The notes: generated by a model from the letters alone, not told the origin. A DNA stretch of 36,146 nucleotides from a virus (IMGVR_UViG_3300005573_000192:1-36146); one strand, 5' to 3'. Shown: positions 18,344 through 27,732, counted from the stretch's first letter. Numbers and translations are program-made.

Positions 18344-18582
18344 GACAAGCATTAGGTAGACCACCCATCTACACCGCCAAGTCTAAGGTGTATCTGTGTG
18401 CAACAGGTCAAACCAAGCTGCAGTCTGGCAGTGACCGCCGTGCGATAATCAACGCATTGGTGGACAATGGCGGCAGCATGACACTCGGAGAATTGGACGC
18501 TCGGTTCGGATTCTCCGTACGCAGCCGTGTGTTCGCGCTCCAGCGTTCTGGCTGGGTGCGCATTGAAGGAGGCACACCGTGA
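18340..18582 (+). CDS. Putative winged-helix DNA-binding protein
   Basis: RAIINAL..GSMTLGEL..LQRSGWV pattern; AAGGAGG RBS. Confidence 0.55.
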   Translation: MRQALGRPPIYTAKSKVYLCATGQTKLQSGSDRRAIINALVDNGGSMTLGELDARFGFSVRSRVFALQRSGWVRIEGGTP

Positions 18583-19553
18583 TTATAGGAGCCGGCTTGG
18601 CAGGCATGATTGCCGCTTACGCTTTCCCGACCCACGAGCTGTGGGAGTCGCGCAGCCGAGAACATGTAGAGCATCAAGCATTACTTCGGTTCCGGACTCC
18701 GGCCATCTCTGACATCACGGGCATTCCGTTTCAGAAAGTGGCCGTGCACAAAGGTATTTGGTGGAACGGTGGCTGGGTCAGCCCCACTATTGACGCCTGT
18801 AATATGTACTCCATGAAAGTCATTGGCCGCCTCGCTGACCGTTCTGTGTGGGACATCGCACCGTGCGTCCGCTGGGTACCACCACACGACTTCCACACGC
18901 GGCTGTGTGATGCACTGGGCAATCGTGTGCATTGGAATTCGCCGGTGTCTTTCTTGGATATGGCGAAGCATAATACCCGTGACGAGTTCATCATCAGTAC
19001 CATGCCACTGCCCGTCATGGCGAAAGGCATGCTCGGTTTTGAGCATGAGTTTCACTCGGCCAAGATTATCACCACCAGCGCCGAAGTGCCAAACAGTGGC
19101 GTATATCAAACGGTATATTTCCCATCGGACGCATATGGCTTGTATAGAGCCACATTGGCTGGAACCCAGCTCACGTGCGAGTGGACTGGTGATGAGTCTG
19201 CAGACGTTGGAGACCTTGACCTTGCATGTAGAGACGTTGCCGAGGCATTCGGCTATGAGCCCCTCTTTGACGCCGTCAGTCAGTCGTTAGCTAATTTTCA
19301 CACACAAACGTTTGGCAAGTTGCTACCGATTGATGAGAATTTGCGTAAGACGCTGGTGGCGCAGCTTACTCAGCGCTGCGGTATATATTCGCTGGGAAGG
19401 TTTGCCACATGGCGTAACATTCTGCTGGACGACGTCATTCATGACGCCGCGGTGATAAAACGGTTGGCTTCAGCGTCGTTCTACGAACGCCAGATTGCTG
19501 CTTTTGCACCGGCCACCGAGGAGGAATCCAATGCCTACAGTGTCGCTGATTGA
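18579..19553 (+). CDS. FAD-dependent oxidoreductase, UDP-galactopyranose mutase/HemY-like
   Basis: IIGAGLAG dinucleotide-binding motif, ISTMPL, C-terminal SLGRFATWR. Confidence 0.8.
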   Translation: MIIGAGLAGMIAAYAFPTHELWESRSREHVEHQALLRFRTPAISDITGIPFQKVAVHKGIWWNGGWVSPTIDACNMYSMKVIGRLADRSVWDIAPCVRWVPPHDFHTRLCDALGNRVHWNSPVSFLDMAKHNTRDEFIISTMPLPVMAKGMLGFEHEFHSAKIITTSAEVPNSGVYQTVYFPSDAYGLYRATLAGTQLTCEWTGDESADVGDLDLACRDVAEAFGYEPLFDAVSQSLANFHTQTFGKLLPIDENLRKTLVAQLTQRCGIYSLGRFATWRNILLDDVIHDAAVIKRLASASFYERQIAAFAPATEEESNAYSVAD

Positions 19554-20307
19554 TTTTACTGGCAAAGGCACACTCAATCCTGTGTGGCATGCCGCTGACA
19601 TTTTGATTTTCACCAAGAGCACCAGACTCACCATGGCGCCCGAAGGATTGGAACAGATTGAACGTTTGCCCGAAGAAGCAAAGCTCAAAGAATTGGAACA
19701 GATGGCTAAAACTATTCCCAGCAGCTGGGAGTTTGTGGACTTGACCTTTCTGTTTTCTGGTGTTACGAGAGCCTGCGCTCAACAGATTACCCGCACGAGG
19801 AATGCTAGTTATTCCATGCAATCTCAACGAATAGTTAATATGAGTGACGCTGTCGTGACCAACCCGTTTCCGCATCCAGCGCTTCATGGCGAAGCACCCG
19901 TTTCTGTGCAAAGCTACAAGTTGTTCAAGACATTTCAACAATGCTCAAACGCAGCGTTGAAAGGTTACCAAACATTAATAGAACAAGGAGCAGACGCTCA
20001 AGACGCTCGCGGCTTGTTGCCCATGAATACCCAATGCAATCTGGTAGCCAAGTACAATCTGCGTGCGTTCGTTGAGTTGGTGCGTTCTAGGTCGTCGCTG
20101 CGTACTCAGCAGGAATATGCCCAAATAATAACACAAGCTGTGGACTGCGCCAAAGCGGTGTGGCCATGGGTTGCGCTATTCCTCAAGAATCCGAAAGATG
20201 AAGCCATCAAAGATTTGGAAGCGATAGCCAAAGAGCTGGGTGTGGTTCCAGGCACAGGAGCCGGCTGGAGAATTGCCAAAGCGCTCGACATGCTGCGTAA
20301 AGCCTAA
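19531..20307 (+). CDS. thyX: Divergent flavin-dependent thymidylate synthase homolog
   Basis: RTR-x7-S variant of RHR-x7-S, DARGLLP, NLR..R..Q.E; GGAGG RBS before ATG 19531. Confidence 0.85.
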   Translation: MPTVSLIDFTGKGTLNPVWHAADILIFTKSTRLTMAPEGLEQIERLPEEAKLKELEQMAKTIPSSWEFVDLTFLFSGVTRACAQQITRTRNASYSMQSQRIVNMSDAVVTNPFPHPALHGEAPVSVQSYKLFKTFQQCSNAALKGYQTLIEQGADAQDARGLLPMNTQCNLVAKYNLRAFVELVRSRSSLRTQQEYAQIITQAVDCAKAVWPWVALFLKNPKDEAIKDLEAIAKELGVVPGTGAGWRIAKALDMLRKA

Positions 20308-20322
20308 AAGGAGGCCAATGAT

Positions 20323-21162
20323 ATGTATAGAACTGTGGTGGTGTGTGACTTGGACGGTTGCTTGTCTGACGACCGATGGCGCCGACACTGGTTGCCTGCT
20401 GCTGGCGCAACCGGTGACGCTTATGACAACTACCATGAGCGGCACCTGGCAGACAAGCCTGTGCCCGGTGTGGTAGATGAGTTAATGCGAGATTTGCGCG
20501 GTTCCTCTACAGGAATAACAACGCAGGAGAATTATCTGCTCCTCGTCACCGGTCGTCCTGAAAAGTTCAGAGGAACTACCCAACAATGGATTCGTGACGA
20601 GTTGCCCGGTGTCGAATTCACCGTGCTGATGAGGCCACCCGAGTGCACATTCCATTCGCCCGCTCTGAAGCAGTGGCTCATTGCTCAGTGGCTGTCTCAG
20701 CACTCGTATGGCGCTGACAGCTGGACTAGGATTATAGCGGCATATGACGACAGGCAGGATGTGCTGGACGCTTATCCTATACCAGACGACCGAAAGAAGC
20801 TCAGAGCACTGCCGTATGGCTCACCCGAAGCTCCTAGCGGCTTGCTCGCTAAAGCGCAAGCCGTTCGTGACGCTGCCGCAGATGTTCCGGCTATATTACA
20901 GAGCATGGCGAGCACGTTTCAAGCACGCAATGCGGTGTATGGCAGCAACTACATGAACGTTGCCCCTGTCATTAAAGTGCTGTGGCCTGATGGCGTGCCT
21001 TCAGCACTGGTGACCACTACTGCATGGCATCTGTTTGAGTTGATTGTCATAAAAATGACTCGGTTCGCTGTCAGCGGATTGCGTCATAAAGATTCTATCC
21101 ATGACATAGCGGTGTATGCTGCCATGATTGAGGCAATTATCGCCAAGGAGGAACGGCTATGA
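20323..21162 (+). CDS. HAD phosphatase fused to an all-alpha nucleotide-modification-associated domain (DUF1599/DUF6378-like)
   Basis: DLDG, TGR and DDRQD motifs; C-terminal RNAVYG..K..R..DSIHDIAVY. Confidence 0.75.
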   Translation: MYRTVVVCDLDGCLSDDRWRRHWLPAAGATGDAYDNYHERHLADKPVPGVVDELMRDLRGSSTGITTQENYLLLVTGRPEKFRGTTQQWIRDELPGVEFTVLMRPPECTFHSPALKQWLIAQWLSQHSYGADSWTRIIAAYDDRQDVLDAYPIPDDRKKLRALPYGSPEAPSGLLAKAQAVRDAAADVPAILQSMASTFQARNAVYGSNYMNVAPVIKVLWPDGVPSALVTTTAWHLFELIVIKMTRFAVSGLRHKDSIHDIAVYAAMIEAIIAKEERL

Positions 21163-21395
21163 GCTTGCAAAAAGAGGAAGAATGGTATCACAAGGTTGAA
21201 GACAGTCCGGTGGGACCCTGTCAGTATCAAGTGTGGGATGCAGAGAAGAAATGCTTGCGCCCGTGCGGCGAACCAGGCCATGTGTGGACGGATGGTTGGC
21301 GCCCCACAGGCACTCCGAATGCCATGCTATGCGATGTGCACGGTGCGTTTGTATCTGACGCCGTGCGAGGCACGAAGCCGAGGAGAGAAGTCTAA
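21159..21395 (+). CDS. Small Cys/His-rich hypothetical protein
   Basis: Coupled to both neighbours; C..CxxxC..CxxH ligands. Confidence 0.55.
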   Translation: MSLQKEEEWYHKVEDSPVGPCQYQVWDAEKKCLRPCGEPGHVWTDGWRPTGTPNAMLCDVHGAFVSDAVRGTKPRREV

Positions 21396-22072
21396 TGAGT
21401 GGTGGAAAAATTGCCGTTGTGACTGGCAGTGAAAGCGGTTTGGGAGCTGCCATAGCAGTTGCCCTAGAGAACAAAGGTTATGTCGTCGTACGCTATGACT
21501 TACGCATGGGACGTGATGTGCGCAACCCACACCTGGAATCCCTGCCCAGTGAAGTTGATGTGCTGGTGAATTGCGCCGGTGTCAATCGCATTGGGTGGCT
21601 TCAGGATGTCACAGAACGTGACTGGGACGAAGTAATGGACACGAATGCCAAAGGCATCTTTCTGATGACTCAAGCGCTGCTCCCCGCGCTAAAAGCAGCA
21701 AAGGGCACGGTGCTCAACATCGTGAGCAATGCGGCACACATGCCAATGCGGTGCTCTGCTGCATACAATGCCAGCAAAGGTGCGGCACTCATACTCACCA
21801 AGCAGCTGGCTAGAGAGCTGGCGCCTGACATCACAGTATTCTCCATTTCTCCGAATAAAATCGCAGACACAGGAATGAGCCGCAGCATTGATTCGCAAGT
21901 GATGCAGACACGCGGCTGGACTGCCGAACAAGCGCGAAACTATCAGCTGAGCTCATTGCTCACCGGCGAAGAAACGCCAGTCGATTGCATTGCAGAGTTT
22001 GTCGGCTTTTTGCTACAGGACAAACGCCATCACAAATATCTTGCTGGGTGTGATATCCCCTATGGAGCTTGA
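21395..22072 (+). CDS. Short-chain dehydrogenase/reductase (classical SDR)
   Basis: TGSESGLG, NCAG, catalytic Ser and YNASK motifs. Confidence 0.92.
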   Translation: MSGGKIAVVTGSESGLGAAIAVALENKGYVVVRYDLRMGRDVRNPHLESLPSEVDVLVNCAGVNRIGWLQDVTERDWDEVMDTNAKGIFLMTQALLPALKAAKGTVLNIVSNAAHMPMRCSAAYNASKGAALILTKQLARELAPDITVFSISPNKIADTGMSRSIDSQVMQTRGWTAEQARNYQLSSLLTGEETPVDCIAEFVGFLLQDKRHHKYLAGCDIPYGA

Positions 22073-22551
22073 TTATGGTAACATTCAAAATTGAACAAGT
22101 TGCTCTTTATCCACGTGACCCTGAATCTGCGAAAGAATTGCTCATTGCCATGGGCATGAGTGACTGGGTGACTGACCATGTTAGTGCCAAAGGTTCTGTG
22201 CGCAAGTTGCGCAACGTGGACAATGAAGCGGATTTGTCGTTCAACTACAACGGCATGAACGCGGCTGGTGAATTGGAAGTGCTTCACTACACACGTGGAG
22301 CACACTGGATGCACGGTATGCGCCCCAGGGTTAGTCACATCGGCATGCATTGCACGGAGCAAGAGTTGACTGAATGGTACAGCTTCTTTGCAGGACGAGG
22401 CATCCCCGTTGCCCAAGAAGTCTACACCAGAGCGCACACCAATCCGGCTATCGCAGGCAAACGCAAATATCACTATGTGATTTTCGACACGTACGACATT
22501 CTTGGCGTCGACGTGAAGTTTATAGTTCGTCATGACGTATCTGATTTTTGA
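22069..22551 (+). CDS. VOC-fold (glyoxalase/methylmalonyl-CoA epimerase-like) protein
   Basis: IEQVAL, ELEVL, SHIG and terminal VKFI strands. Confidence 0.65.
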   Translation: MIMVTFKIEQVALYPRDPESAKELLIAMGMSDWVTDHVSAKGSVRKLRNVDNEADLSFNYNGMNAAGELEVLHYTRGAHWMHGMRPRVSHIGMHCTEQELTEWYSFFAGRGIPVAQEVYTRAHTNPAIAGKRKYHYVIFDTYDILGVDVKFIVRHDVSDF

Positions 22552-23065
22552 CACTGAGACCACTGGGCTCATTCTGCATCCGGCTGCCAAGGATGAGCTC
22601 CAGCCTCAAATTATTGAGTGGGGTGGCTTGCTAGTGGACGAGCGAGGCAATGAGCTCCAGGAGCTTGATGTCCTCATCAACCCTGGCAAGCCCATCCCCG
22701 AGCACATCACAAGTATCACCGGCATCACAGACGCTGATGTGGCCAATCAGCCACCATTCCCGGTAGTGGCTCAGATGTTGAAACCGTTGTTTGCCGCCGC
22801 GGACGTGCTCGTGGCACACAATTTGCCGTTCGACCATACCATGATGGAGCTAGAGCTGCGCCGAGCGCACTTGTTGGATGATTGGCCTTGGCCAAAGTTT
22901 AATATGTGCACCGTTCAAGAGCACGCAGAGGAGTGGGGCTATCGCCCAAAGCTCACCGAGCTGTATAATTTCTACACAGGTCACCCGTTGGCGCAATCAC
23001 ACCGGGCATTAGACGACGTGCGCGCGCTGAAAGCCGTGTGCCTCGCGGCAGGACTACTGCAATGA
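22532..23065 (+). CDS. dnaQ: DEDDh 3'-5' exonuclease (DnaQ/epsilon-like)
   Basis: DTETTG, HNLPFD and HRALDD motifs. Confidence 0.92.
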   Translation: MTYLIFDTETTGLILHPAAKDELQPQIIEWGGLLVDERGNELQELDVLINPGKPIPEHITSITGITDADVANQPPFPVVAQMLKPLFAAADVLVAHNLPFDHTMMELELRRAHLLDDWPWPKFNMCTVQEHAEEWGYRPKLTELYNFYTGHPLAQSHRALDDVRALKAVCLAAGLLQ

Positions 23066-25851
23066 GCAAGAAAAATGATTCAGCGTTTCCCCAGCTGCGG
23101 TTGCGTTCTGAGTACAGCTTCCGGACTGCCTATGGCAGCATAGAGCAAGTAGTTGCCGCAGCAAAAGCAGCTGGCGCCACTGCGGCAGGTCTGGTGGACA
23201 CGTCTGGCACGTGGGGACACGTTCACTGGCAGAAGGTTGCTTTGGAGCACGGCATAGAGCCTTTGTTTGGCGCCGAGTTTTCAATCGTGTGCGATGATGG
23301 CCGCCGGCGAACCTACTGGGCATTGGCACAATCACTGCCCGCATTTTATCATTACTCTAGCAATCCACCCCAAAGCCAGTCTGAGATTGCAGCGCGCAAG
23401 AGTGGCCTCATAATCTTCGCCGGTGCAGCATTAACCGACCCCGCAGCGATAGATTACATTGACATCAACCCTCGCTCCAGACTGCGCACGGAGCATGCAT
23501 TGGCACTAGCCAAAAAGATTAACAAGCCGGTAGTAATCACGAGTGACGCAGATTATCCCACACCGGCAGACAGAGAGCGGTTCCTGGCCTGGGACGATTC
23601 GTTAAAAATGACGCCCCAGCACATTCTCACCAAATCCGAGCTGCGCGCAGCTCTGTGGTACGTTCCCACCGCAACGTTCAACCGTGCCGTGAGCAATACC
23701 ATAGCAGCGGCTGCCGCAGCTTCCGGGTGTAGGCTGCACCGGGCACCTTTGATTAGCGTACCAGGAGATTTGCGTGCGTTGGTCATGGCTGGAAAAACAG
23801 AACGGTTGGCCTCTGGGCAGATTAAAGCATGGACTGATGAATATGAAGCGCGGCTCAAACGTGAGCTGGAATTGATTTACGCGAAGAAGTTTGACAGTTA
23901 CTTTTTGATGGTTGCCGATATGATATCTTGGGCAAAGCAGCACATGCTTGTGGGTCCTGGCAGAGGCAGCTCCGCCGGCTCATTGGTATGTTATTTGTTG
24001 CACATCACTGAAGTCGACCCGCTGGTATATAATTTGGTGTTCGAACGGTTCATTGATGTGAATCGAGCAGATTTGCCAGACATTGACAGCGATTTCAATG
24101 ACCAAAAGCGCGATATGGTGTTTCATTATCTTGAAGAAAAATATGGCAAGGAGAACACCGCCCGTATTGGGTCAGTGAATCGGCTCAAGCCCCGCTCCGT
24201 GCTCGCGCACGTTGGCAAGCGGCTAGGCATCCCCCTCGGCGCAACGTTCTCCGTGACCAATGTACTGATTGAATACAGCTCTGGCGATAGCCGCTATGGC
24301 AAAGGATTGGAGGACACATTAGCGAACACCCAGCCTGGCAGAGACTTCCTGATTAGGTACCCCGAAGCAGCTGTCATGACCGAGCTGGAGAACCATGCGT
24401 CGCATGCCGGAGTGCATGCGGCAGGATTTATAGTGTCGAACACGCCTGTAATAGATTATTGCACGGTACGAGATGGTGTGGCTCAAATAGACAAAAAGGA
24501 CGCCGAGGAGCTTAATCTTTTGAAGATGGACATTTTGGGCTTGAGAACGCTTGGCGTTATTGAGGACGCTGCGTGCATCACGGCTCAAGAGCTTTACAAT
24601 TTGCGGTTGGACGACCCAAACGTATTCAAAATATTCAATGACAGGAAATTCTCTGGCATATTCCAGTTCGAAGGTGCAGCGCAGCGCCGAGTGTCTATAC
24701 AGATTCCCATTAAAGAATTTCAGCAGATTGACCACATCACGGCATTGGCTCGTCCCGGTCCCCTGGGTGGTGGCGCAGCAGGCACGTACATCAATCGTAA
24801 CGCCGGCCGAGAGCCTGTTGTGTACAAGCACCCCTCCATGGCACACTATCTCGCAGACACGCAAGGTGTGGTATTGTACCAGGAACAAGTCATGCGCATT
24901 GTCAAAGAGCTGGGTGATTTTTCCTGGGAGGACACATCCGTCATTCGCAAGGCGATGTCCGGTCGCAAGGGCAAAGAGTTCTTTGACCGACACGGCGAAA
25001 AATTTGTGGCAGGAGCCGCACGCCATGGCATAGACGCGGCAACGGCAGCAACCATTTGGAACGAAATAGTGAGCTTTGGCGCATGGGGCATGAATAAAAG
25101 CCACACGGTGTCGTATGCTGTGATTAGCTATTGGTGTGCCTATTTGAAGTGTTACCACACATTGGAATACGCTGCGGCTTGTCTGCGCAATGCGAAAGAT
25201 GACGACCAAACCATGGAGTTGCTGCGAGAGCTGCGCGCGGAAGGTGTGCGCTACATCCCGTTTGACCCAGAACGGTCAGACATTGATTGGCGAGTGGTCA
25301 ATGGCCAGCTCATTGGCGGATTCAAAAATCTGGTAGGTGTCGGTCCCATGAAAGCCGCACGGTATGTGGCTTCCAAGCCGTTGTCCGAACAAGATAAGGC
25401 AGCTGTAGCCAAGTGCAAAGTCAAATTTGCTGACCTCACGCCCGCGCATACACTGTGGGGTGATGTGTATGCGCACCCGGAACGATTCAACATCAACGGG
25501 TGTGTCAAGGAGTTCGCCGACTTGATGGATTTTGAAGAGGCTGTAGTGGTGTGCCAGCTCGTGCGCCAAGAGCGCCGTGATGAGAACGAAGCAGTCAGAG
25601 CCCACAAGCGCGGCTACCTAAAATCTGGCAATACATTATTCCTTGATGCATTCGTGGTGGATGACTCCGTCAGCAAGCCTGTGGTGCTACGCATCAAGCC
25701 CTGGCAATGGTTCTCTATCGGAGTACGCATGGCAGACAAAGCTGTGCCAAAGAAGGACTGGTTCCTCGTGCGCGGCAAGTGGTTGGCGCAATTTTCGATG
25801 ATGACTGTGATAAAAATAAAATGCCTGACTAACAAGGAGATGTTCTCATGA
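23062..25851 (+). CDS. dnaE: DNA polymerase III alpha (family C), degenerate PHP domain, short C-terminus
   Basis: GPGRGSSAGS, PDIDSD, HAAG, KMDILGL, RPGP, YQEQ and NKSH motifs. Confidence 0.95.
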   Translation: MSKKNDSAFPQLRLRSEYSFRTAYGSIEQVVAAAKAAGATAAGLVDTSGTWGHVHWQKVALEHGIEPLFGAEFSIVCDDGRRRTYWALAQSLPAFYHYSSNPPQSQSEIAARKSGLIIFAGAALTDPAAIDYIDINPRSRLRTEHALALAKKINKPVVITSDADYPTPADRERFLAWDDSLKMTPQHILTKSELRAALWYVPTATFNRAVSNTIAAAAAASGCRLHRAPLISVPGDLRALVMAGKTERLASGQIKAWTDEYEARLKRELELIYAKKFDSYFLMVADMISWAKQHMLVGPGRGSSAGSLVCYLLHITEVDPLVYNLVFERFIDVNRADLPDIDSDFNDQKRDMVFHYLEEKYGKENTARIGSVNRLKPRSVLAHVGKRLGIPLGATFSVTNVLIEYSSGDSRYGKGLEDTLANTQPGRDFLIRYPEAAVMTELENHASHAGVHAAGFIVSNTPVIDYCTVRDGVAQIDKKDAEELNLLKMDILGLRTLGVIEDAACITAQELYNLRLDDPNVFKIFNDRKFSGIFQFEGAAQRRVSIQIPIKEFQQIDHITALARPGPLGGGAAGTYINRNAGREPVVYKHPSMAHYLADTQGVVLYQEQVMRIVKELGDFSWEDTSVIRKAMSGRKGKEFFDRHGEKFVAGAARHGIDAATAATIWNEIVSFGAWGMNKSHTVSYAVISYWCAYLKCYHTLEYAAACLRNAKDDDQTMELLRELRAEGVRYIPFDPERSDIDWRVVNGQLIGGFKNLVGVGPMKAARYVASKPLSEQDKAAVAKCKVKFADLTPAHTLWGDVYAHPERFNINGCVKEFADLMDFEEAVVVCQLVRQERRDENEAVRAHKRGYLKSGNTLFLDAFVVDDSVSKPVVLRIKPWQWFSIGVRMADKAVPKKDWFLVRGKWLAQFSMMTVIKIKCLTNKEMFS

Positions 25852-26267
25852 GAAAGAAAGAACAGCTGTTGTGGGACGCATTGAAGCGCAATGCTCCCGA
25901 ATCATTATGGCTGCAACGGGTGGAGAATGTGGTTGGTGAAGGCATGCCGGATGTGTACATTGGTGCAACGGGTGCGTGGCTAGAGTTGAAAGCGCCGCCG
26001 CGCATCCCTGTTCGAGACAGCACCCCGCTGCTAGGTGCGCAAGATGGCTTGCGTGTATCGCAGATTAATTGGCACCTCAAGAATGCATCAATTCTGACAG
26101 CGCCGCAATCATACATTTTGATTAGAACCACTCAAAAAGAGCTGTTGCTATTGCCAGGTCGCTTGGCCGGCATTGTGAACACTTGCTCATTGAGTGCATT
26201 GCGCGCAGCCAAGCTGAACCAAGCCACTACTACCGAATGGGATGAGATTGTGAGGATTTTGCAATGA
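25848..26267 (+). CDS. PD-(D/E)xK nuclease (VRR-NUC/resolvase-like)
   Basis: E..GMPDV..WLELK..Q..W motif. Confidence 0.8.
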   Translation: MRKKEQLLWDALKRNAPESLWLQRVENVVGEGMPDVYIGATGAWLELKAPPRIPVRDSTPLLGAQDGLRVSQINWHLKNASILTAPQSYILIRTTQKELLLLPGRLAGIVNTCSLSALRAAKLNQATTTEWDEIVRILQ

Positions 26268-27730
26268 AAACAAAGCCCATGAGCCACCAAGTTGTTGGTT
26301 GTCGCCGATTGGCAGCTGCAGACGCCTTCGCCGTTGGAGCAGAGCAGGGAACGGGTAAAACGTGGATGTTACTGGCGGACGCGGAAGCCCGCTGGAAGCG
26401 CAACGAAGTTGATGCACTGCTGGTGATAGCTCCGAATGGCGTCCATGTAAACTGGGTGGTCAGAGAGATTCCTGCGCATCTGGAAGTGCCTTATACTGCC
26501 ACATTCTGGTTGAGCACTCCATCGAAAAAGCATCAAGCTTTATTGCAACGGCAGCTCGCCACCGCATTGGAGCCGCCGCGCAAGTTGGTGATACACGCGA
26601 TGAACATAGACGCAGTCAATACCAAAGCCGGCTTGGCTCATGCTGAAAAGTTCATTGCAACATTCGCTCCCGGCAGAGTAATCATGGTGGTGGACGAAAG
26701 CCACACCATCAAGAACATAGACGCCAAGCGCACCCAACGAGTCATTGCCCTCGGTAAGCAAGTTGCTATACGCCGCATTGCCAGCGGCACACTGGTGGCT
26801 AATTCGCCGCTCGATTTGTTCAGTCAGTATGAGTTTTTGGCTAGTGGTCTGCTTGGCACGCGCAGCTATAGAGCATTCGTTTCAGAGTATGCCGAGTTAA
26901 TGCCGGCCAGCTCCGCTTTGGTGCGAAACATAGTGCAGCGCACGGGTGCTCGTGGTGTGCCTCAGATTGTTGCTAAAAACAAAGATGGCACCTTGCGCTT
27001 CCGCAATTTAGCCAAGCTCAGCGGCTTGATGGCTCCTCACACATTCCGGGTCACGAAAGATGAATGTCTTGATTTGCCCGAAAAAATATATCAGACATAT
27101 TATTTTGACCTTGAGCCACAGCAACGTGCGATGTATGACCAAGTTAAAAGTGAACGCAACTGGGTGCGTGACGACGGGTCGATTGATGCATTCACCGCAC
27201 TCACTGTCATCACTAAGCTGCGCCAGATTACATCAGGATTTATATTGGTGGACGGAGCACCCACCACACTGGCATATTCCAAGCCGCGCATCGAGGCATT
27301 GCTATCAATTGTTGAGGAGTATCCCGGTCCCATGATTGTGTGGGCAACCTTTCAAGAGGAGATAAAGCAAATAGCCAAAGCGCTACGAGACACCGGTGAA
27401 ACGGTGCGAGAATATTATGGCGCAACGAACGTTGCTAACCGAACAACAGCCATCAATGACTTCCAATCAGGCAAGGTGCGCATTTTCCTGGGCAATCCCG
27501 CCGCGGCTGGACTGGGCTTGACGCTCACTGCCGCCGAAACTGCCGTGTATTACAGCTCATCATTCTCATTGTCTGAACGGCTTCAGTCTGAGGACAGATG
27601 TCATCGCATCGGCACTACCCACCACGTTGTGTACATTGACATCGTAGGCCGAGACACGATTGACGAGCGCATTGCCCATGCATTACAAACGAAAAAGCTC
27701 ACAGCAGAAATGATTATGGCTGGACTGTAG
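26264..27730 (+). CDS. SNF2-like SF2 helicase
   Basis: GTGKT, DESH, SGT, GLGLTL and QSEDRCHRIG motifs. Confidence 0.92.
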   Translation: MKTKPMSHQVVGCRRLAAADAFAVGAEQGTGKTWMLLADAEARWKRNEVDALLVIAPNGVHVNWVVREIPAHLEVPYTATFWLSTPSKKHQALLQRQLATALEPPRKLVIHAMNIDAVNTKAGLAHAEKFIATFAPGRVIMVVDESHTIKNIDAKRTQRVIALGKQVAIRRIASGTLVANSPLDLFSQYEFLASGLLGTRSYRAFVSEYAELMPASSALVRNIVQRTGARGVPQIVAKNKDGTLRFRNLAKLSGLMAPHTFRVTKDECLDLPEKIYQTYYFDLEPQQRAMYDQVKSERNWVRDDGSIDAFTALTVITKLRQITSGFILVDGAPTTLAYSKPRIEALLSIVEEYPGPMIVWATFQEEIKQIAKALRDTGETVREYYGATNVANRTTAINDFQSGKVRIFLGNPAAAGLGLTLTAAETAVYYSSSFSLSERLQSEDRCHRIGTTHHVVYIDIVGRDTIDERIAHALQTKKLTAEMIMAGL

Positions 27731-27732
27731 CA

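Noticed and set aside
18579-22551. Known modification pathways (7-deazaguanine, Z-base, hmC/hmU hypermodification) or a host-derived sugar/LPS island
   Set aside because: Their marker genes and any glycosyltransferase are not evident, and the genes are translationally coupled to dnaQ-dnaE rather than forming a separate moron.
24319-25209. 296-aa minus-strand ORF
   Set aside because: Antisense shadow of dnaE.
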